Below the pieces are notes generated by a model. The model was not told where the DNA came from. It saw only the letters and a program-made list of their open reading frames with translations, and ran no database searches. A stretch of 64,000 bases of DNA from Eubacteriales bacterium (GTDB taxonomy: Bacteria > Bacillota > Clostridia > Oscillospirales > UBA644). Positions 59,717 to 64,000 of this stretch are shown here, in pieces. The DNA lies in NCBI GenBank assembly GCA_045603745.1, contig JAZUMQ010000003.1, positions 2,599 through 66,598 of the forward strand, in the 5' to 3' direction. How positions within the stretch are numbered: the first letter of the stretch is position 1; every line of letters begins with the position of its first letter. Position numbers and translations under genes: made by a program.

Positions 59717-61183
59717 ATGGATCTGATTTACAACGACGCATTGCTCTGTGATTTTTATGAATTCACCATGGGCAACGGATACTTGAAACAAGGAAAAAAA
59801 GACACCGTCAGCTGTTTTGACTTATATTTCCGCAAAGTTCCCGACAACGGCGGCTTTGCCATCGCGGCGGGTCTGCAATCGGTAATTGAATACATCAAAG
59901 GGTTGCATTTTGCACCGGAAGATATTGATTATCTCCGGTCGAAAGGGTTGTTCTGCGAAGAATTTTTGGACTATCTGGCAAATTTCAAATTTGAATGTGA
60001 CGTCCGTGCCATACCGGAAGGTACTCCCATCTTCCCCAACGAACCCATCGTGACGGTGAAAGGGCCTGCCATTCAGGCGCAATTACTGGAAACCATGTTA
60101 CTGATTGCCATCAATCATCAATCTTTGATTGCAACCAAAGCCCACCGCATCGTAAAAGCGGCAAAGGGGCGTCCTGTTTTTGAATTCGGTTCTCGGCGGG
60201 CGCAAGGAAACAACGCCGCTATTTTGGGAGCCCGGGCGGCGTATATTGCCGGTTGTGCGGGAACTGCCTGTGCAGTCTGCGAACAACTTTTCGGAATCCC
60301 TGCCGTGGGAACGATGGCACATTCCTGGATCCAGATGTTTGACAGTGAATACGAAGCGTTCAAAGCCTATGCGGAAATGTACCCCAACGCCTGCACGCTG
60401 CTGGTAGATACGTACAACGTTCTAAAGTCGGGAATTCCCAACGCCATTAAGGTTCACAAGGAAGTTCTGGAACCCATGGGGGCTCGTCTGAAAGGAATTC
60501 GCATCGACTCGGGAGACGTGGCATACCTGACCAAGAAAACCCGAAAAATCCTGGACGAAGCGGGGTTGGAAGATTGTAAAATCTTCGTTTCCAACTCTTT
60601 GGACGAATATATTATCCGAGATATTCTTTCCCAAGGGGCAAAAATTGACAATTTCGGGGTAGGCGAACGGTTGATTACTTCCAAGAGCGAACCGGTATTC
60701 GGAGGCGTTTACAAAGTTGTCGCCGTAGAAGAAAAGGGAGAAATGATTCCCAAGATCAAATGCTCGGAAAACGTGGAGAAGATCACCAACCCCTGCGAAA
60801 AGGAAATTTGGCGGCTTTACTCCAATACCACCGGACAAATGTTGGCGGATCTCATCGCCATTCGGGGAGAAGAATTTGACTTTACCAAACCCATTGAACT
60901 GTTCCACCCGGATTTCCCCTGGAAACGGAAAACCTTTGAAAATTACACGGCGAAGAAACTTTTGGTCCCGATCTTTGAGAAAGGGAAATTGGTTTACGAT
61001 CTGCCCTCGGCTCAAGAAATTCGGGACTATTGTGCGGAACAAACCGGTCACCTTTGGGAAGAAGTGGTTCGGTTTGAAAATCCGGAACATTACTACGTGG
61101 ACCTGTCCCAAAAACTTTGGGATACTAAGCGTGCACTTTTGATGAAAGCAAACGTAATACAGGGGAACGCCAATGACAGATGA
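59717..61183 (+). CDS. pncB: nicotinate phosphoribosyltransferase
   Basis: DFYEFTM, EFGSRRAQG, GTMAHSW, LVDTY, IRIDSGD, FGVGE. Confidence 0.95.
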   Translation: MDLIYNDALLCDFYEFTMGNGYLKQGKKDTVSCFDLYFRKVPDNGGFAIAAGLQSVIEYIKGLHFAPEDIDYLRSKGLFCEEFLDYLANFKFECDVRAIPEGTPIFPNEPIVTVKGPAIQAQLLETMLLIAINHQSLIATKAHRIVKAAKGRPVFEFGSRRAQGNNAAILGARAAYIAGCAGTACAVCEQLFGIPAVGTMAHSWIQMFDSEYEAFKAYAEMYPNACTLLVDTYNVLKSGIPNAIKVHKEVLEPMGARLKGIRIDSGDVAYLTKKTRKILDEAGLEDCKIFVSNSLDEYIIRDILSQGAKIDNFGVGERLITSKSEPVFGGVYKVVAVEEKGEMIPKIKCSENVEKITNPCEKEIWRLYSNTTGQMLADLIAIRGEEFDFTKPIELFHPDFPWKRKTFENYTAKKLLVPIFEKGKLVYDLPSAQEIRDYCAEQTGHLWEEVVRFENPEHYYVDLSQKLWDTKRALLMKANVIQGNANDR

Positions 61184-63236
61184 AAAGTGGATCGTCCGAA
61201 AACAGGACGAAGACACCGTTGTACGAATACGAAAAGAACATGGTTTACCCGAAGCGGTTGCCCGGTTGTTATGCAACCGGGGATTAACCGAATCGGGGCA
61301 GATTCAGCGGTTTCTCAAAAACGATCTGACGACGAATCTACACGATCCGTTTCTGCTTGCAGATATGGACAAAGCGGTAGCGCGGGTCGAAAAAGCCATT
61401 GAAAACAAGGAAAAAATCACGGTATACGGAGATTACGACGTGGACGGAATCACGTCGACGGTGATTTTATATCAGTATTTATCGGGGCGCACCGAAAATT
61501 TAGATTATTACATACCGTCTCGTATTGACGAAGGATACGGATTGAATGGAGCTGCGATGGAAACCATTCGAGCCAACGGAACAACCCTACTGATCACAGT
61601 AGATACGGGAACGACGGCGGTGGAAGAGATTGCCCACGCAAAGGAGATCGGTCTTGACGTGGTCGTCACAGACCATCACGAATGCATGGAAACTTTGCCC
61701 GATTGCCCTGTAGTCAACCCCAAGCGAAAAGATTCCACCTATCCCTTCCCGGAACTGGCGGGAGTCGGCGTGGTATTTAAATTTATCAGCGCTTGCATGG
61801 GAGATTCCCTGGAAGCATTTCGGCGATTCGGTGGCATTACCGCCATCGGGACCATTGCGGATATTATGCCGATTTTAGATGAAAATCGGAGCATCGTACG
61901 GTATGGATTGGAGAACCTTGAGAAAAACTGTCCGCCGGGAATCGGAGCATTGTTGCGATTAAGCGGAAGCACCGACGGAAAGATCGACACCAACGTGATC
62001 GCCTATCAGATCGCTCCCCGTATGAATGCCGCAGGACGCATCAGCGATTGCAAGGTTTCGGTACAACTGCTGCTGGAGACCGACCCGGACAAGGCGGAAG
62101 AATTGGCAAAAAATCTTTGCGCCTGCAACGTGGAACGAAAAGAAAAAGAACAACAGGTGGTACGAGACATTGATTTAATTCTTGCGGGGCATGAACCGAA
62201 AGATAAAATCATGGTTTACGCTTCCGACCGCTGGCACAACGGGGTCATCGGTATTGCCGCTTCCCGGTTGACGGAACGGTATGCCCGCCCCTGTATTTTG
62301 ATCTGCTTTGACGGAGATGGGGCAAAGGGGTCGGCACGGAGTGTTCGAGGGGTAAATCTGTTTGAACTGGTAGGACGTTCTTCCCGGTATTTGGAAAATT
62401 TCGGCGGCCATGAAATGGCGGTCGGATTAACACTGAAACGAGAAAATTACGAACAATTTGTCCGGGACGTGACCGAAAACGCCGACCGGGATATACCCGA
62501 CGACGCACTGATCCCCACCTGCGAAGCGGAATTTGAAGTGGACGAGAATGCATTTTCCATTGAGTTCGTCCGCTCTCTTTCGGTATTGGAACCTTTCGGA
62601 AACGGAAACCCCTACCCTTCCGTAGTGGCTACGGGATTAAAAATCCGCGCCGTCACCGGGGTAGGAGGCGGAAAACATACCCGACTGACCTTGGAAAAGA
62701 ACGGAACGGAATTCACTGCTATGTGGTTCGGAAGAGCTCCGGAAGAGATTGATTATTGCGAAGGGGATTCGGTAGATATTTTCTGCACCATCACCGAAAA
62801 AGTATTCCGGCAAAAACCGATGCTCAACGTAACGCTCCGCAGTATTCGTTTCTCCGAAGATCAAAACGATCCGGTTTATCGAAACCATTATCAAGCCTAT
62901 CGGAATCAGGGCGTTGCACTTCCGGAAGATTGCAAGATCAACCGCAGTGCTATGGTTGCCCTATATCGCTATTTAAAGGCGACGGCGTTGAATAACGGAA
63001 AAGACAGTACGGTGTTACGCCGACCGGAAACCATTATCCGAGAAGTCAACAACCGAGATAACGTAGTTTTCAACTACTGCCGACTACGGCTCTGTCTGGA
63101 CACCATGCAGGAACTGGGATTGATCCGGTATACTGAAGACAAATCTTTGACGGTGACCTTATTCCGCACCGATAAAAAAGTAGATCTCTGCAAAGCCCAC
63201 GATTGGGATAAAATTTCTTCCACAGAAAAAGGATAA
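61173..63236 (+). CDS. recJ: single-stranded-DNA-specific exonuclease RecJ
   Basis: YGDYDVDG, TVDTG, TDHH, GTIAD, APRMNAAGR, GSARS, GGH. Confidence 0.96.
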   Translation: MTDEKWIVRKQDEDTVVRIRKEHGLPEAVARLLCNRGLTESGQIQRFLKNDLTTNLHDPFLLADMDKAVARVEKAIENKEKITVYGDYDVDGITSTVILYQYLSGRTENLDYYIPSRIDEGYGLNGAAMETIRANGTTLLITVDTGTTAVEEIAHAKEIGLDVVVTDHHECMETLPDCPVVNPKRKDSTYPFPELAGVGVVFKFISACMGDSLEAFRRFGGITAIGTIADIMPILDENRSIVRYGLENLEKNCPPGIGALLRLSGSTDGKIDTNVIAYQIAPRMNAAGRISDCKVSVQLLLETDPDKAEELAKNLCACNVERKEKEQQVVRDIDLILAGHEPKDKIMVYASDRWHNGVIGIAASRLTERYARPCILICFDGDGAKGSARSVRGVNLFELVGRSSRYLENFGGHEMAVGLTLKRENYEQFVRDVTENADRDIPDDALIPTCEAEFEVDENAFSIEFVRSLSVLEPFGNGNPYPSVVATGLKIRAVTGVGGGKHTRLTLEKNGTEFTAMWFGRAPEEIDYCEGDSVDIFCTITEKVFRQKPMLNVTLRSIRFSEDQNDPVYRNHYQAYRNQGVALPEDCKINRSAMVALYRYLKATALNNGKDSTVLRRPETIIREVNNRDNVVFNYCRLRLCLDTMQELGLIRYTEDKSLTVTLFRTDKKVDLCKAHDWDKISSTEKG

Positions 63237-63240
63237 GCCT

Positions 63241-64000
63241 ATGTACGAAGATCTCATTATGGAATTTTTGAAAGTTCCGGAGGAAAGTGAAGTTCGATAC
63301 GATCTTGACCGCATTCGTGATGCGGCGGTTTTTGCTGCCGATTCTCATCACGGACAACTCCGGAAATCGGGAGAGCCCTATATTATCCACCCGTTGGAAG
63401 TGGCAAAAATTCTGATTTCCTACGGTATGGACGAATCCTGCATTATTGCAAGTCTTCTCCACGACGTAATCGAAGACACGGCGGTGACCAAGGAAGAACT
63501 GGCACAGCGGTTTTCTCAGGAAATCGCGGATTTGGTCGACGGCGTTACGAAACTGGGACGGATCAATTATACCTCTCAGGAAGAGCAACAAGTGGAAAAT
63601 CTGCGCAAAATGCTGCTGGCAATGGCAAAAGATATTCGGGTTATCATGATCAAACTGGCGGACCGGTTGCACAATATGCGAACCTTGGAATATCAAACGG
63701 AAGACAAGAAGCGCAGCAAGGCAATGGAAACCTTGGAAGTTTACGCGCCTCTTGCCCACCGCTTGGGAATTCAGAACCTAAAAAGCGAACTGGAAGATAT
63801 TGCGTTAAAATACATCGACCCTATCGGATACGATGAAATCGTGAACGATCTGGAAGTATTCCACGAAAACAACGAACGGTTTATCCGCATCAAAAAGATG
63901 ATTACCGATACGTTGGAAAAAGAAGGAATTCAGGCAACCATCGAGAGCCGGATCAAGCATATTTACAGCATCTATCGAAAGATGTTCAAACAAAACAAAG
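63241..64000 (+). CDS. rel: bifunctional (p)ppGpp synthetase/hydrolase Rel (3' part outside window)
   Basis: Own translation: HHGQLRKSGEPYIIHPLEVA, LLHDVIEDT, LVDGVTKL, IKLADRLHNMRTL, YAPLAHRLG. Confidence 0.95.
   Translation, partial: MYEDLIMEFLKVPEESEVRYDLDRIRDAAVFAADSHHGQLRKSGEPYIIHPLEVAKILISYGMDESCIIASLLHDVIEDTAVTKEELAQRFSQEIADLVDGVTKLGRINYTSQEEQQVENLRKMLLAMAKDIRVIMIKLADRLHNMRTLEYQTEDKKRSKAMETLEVYAPLAHRLGIQNLKSELEDIALKYIDPIGYDEIVNDLEVFHENNERFIRIKKMITDTLEKEGIQATIESRIKHIYSIYRKMFKQNK

Overview
Mostly core chromosome of a spore-forming Bacillota (Clostridia-like) bacterium. It carries housekeeping genes (efp, lepA-hemW, rplM-rpsI, rqcH, trmK, tsaD, typA, proC, glpK, htpG, pfkA, a type IIA topoisomerase pair, mtaB, pncB-recJ-rel), sporulation and envelope genes (cwlD, spoIVFA/B-like pair, SEDS, Noc-like, SigH-like), tRNA-Thr(CGT) and a preQ1-I riboswitch before queT. 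I see no integrase, transposase, CRISPR array or recognisable defence operon. The most notable non-standard signals are: (1) a GH110 alpha-galactosidase cassette between 119-bp imperfect direct repeats that duplicate the 3' end of a mecA-like gene together with a sigma-A promoter; (2) a highly base-paired 200-nt unassigned element between rpsI and a G5/3D gene; (3) a 106-nt palindromic element with an exact 58-nt duplicate in the queT leader; (4) internally collapsed sugar-enzyme remnants (GH20, LacX-like) and an acyltransferase with one in-frame TGA; (5) two small membrane-protein ORFs that the ORF track missed or miscalled. All product calls come from motif recognition by eye; no database search was run.
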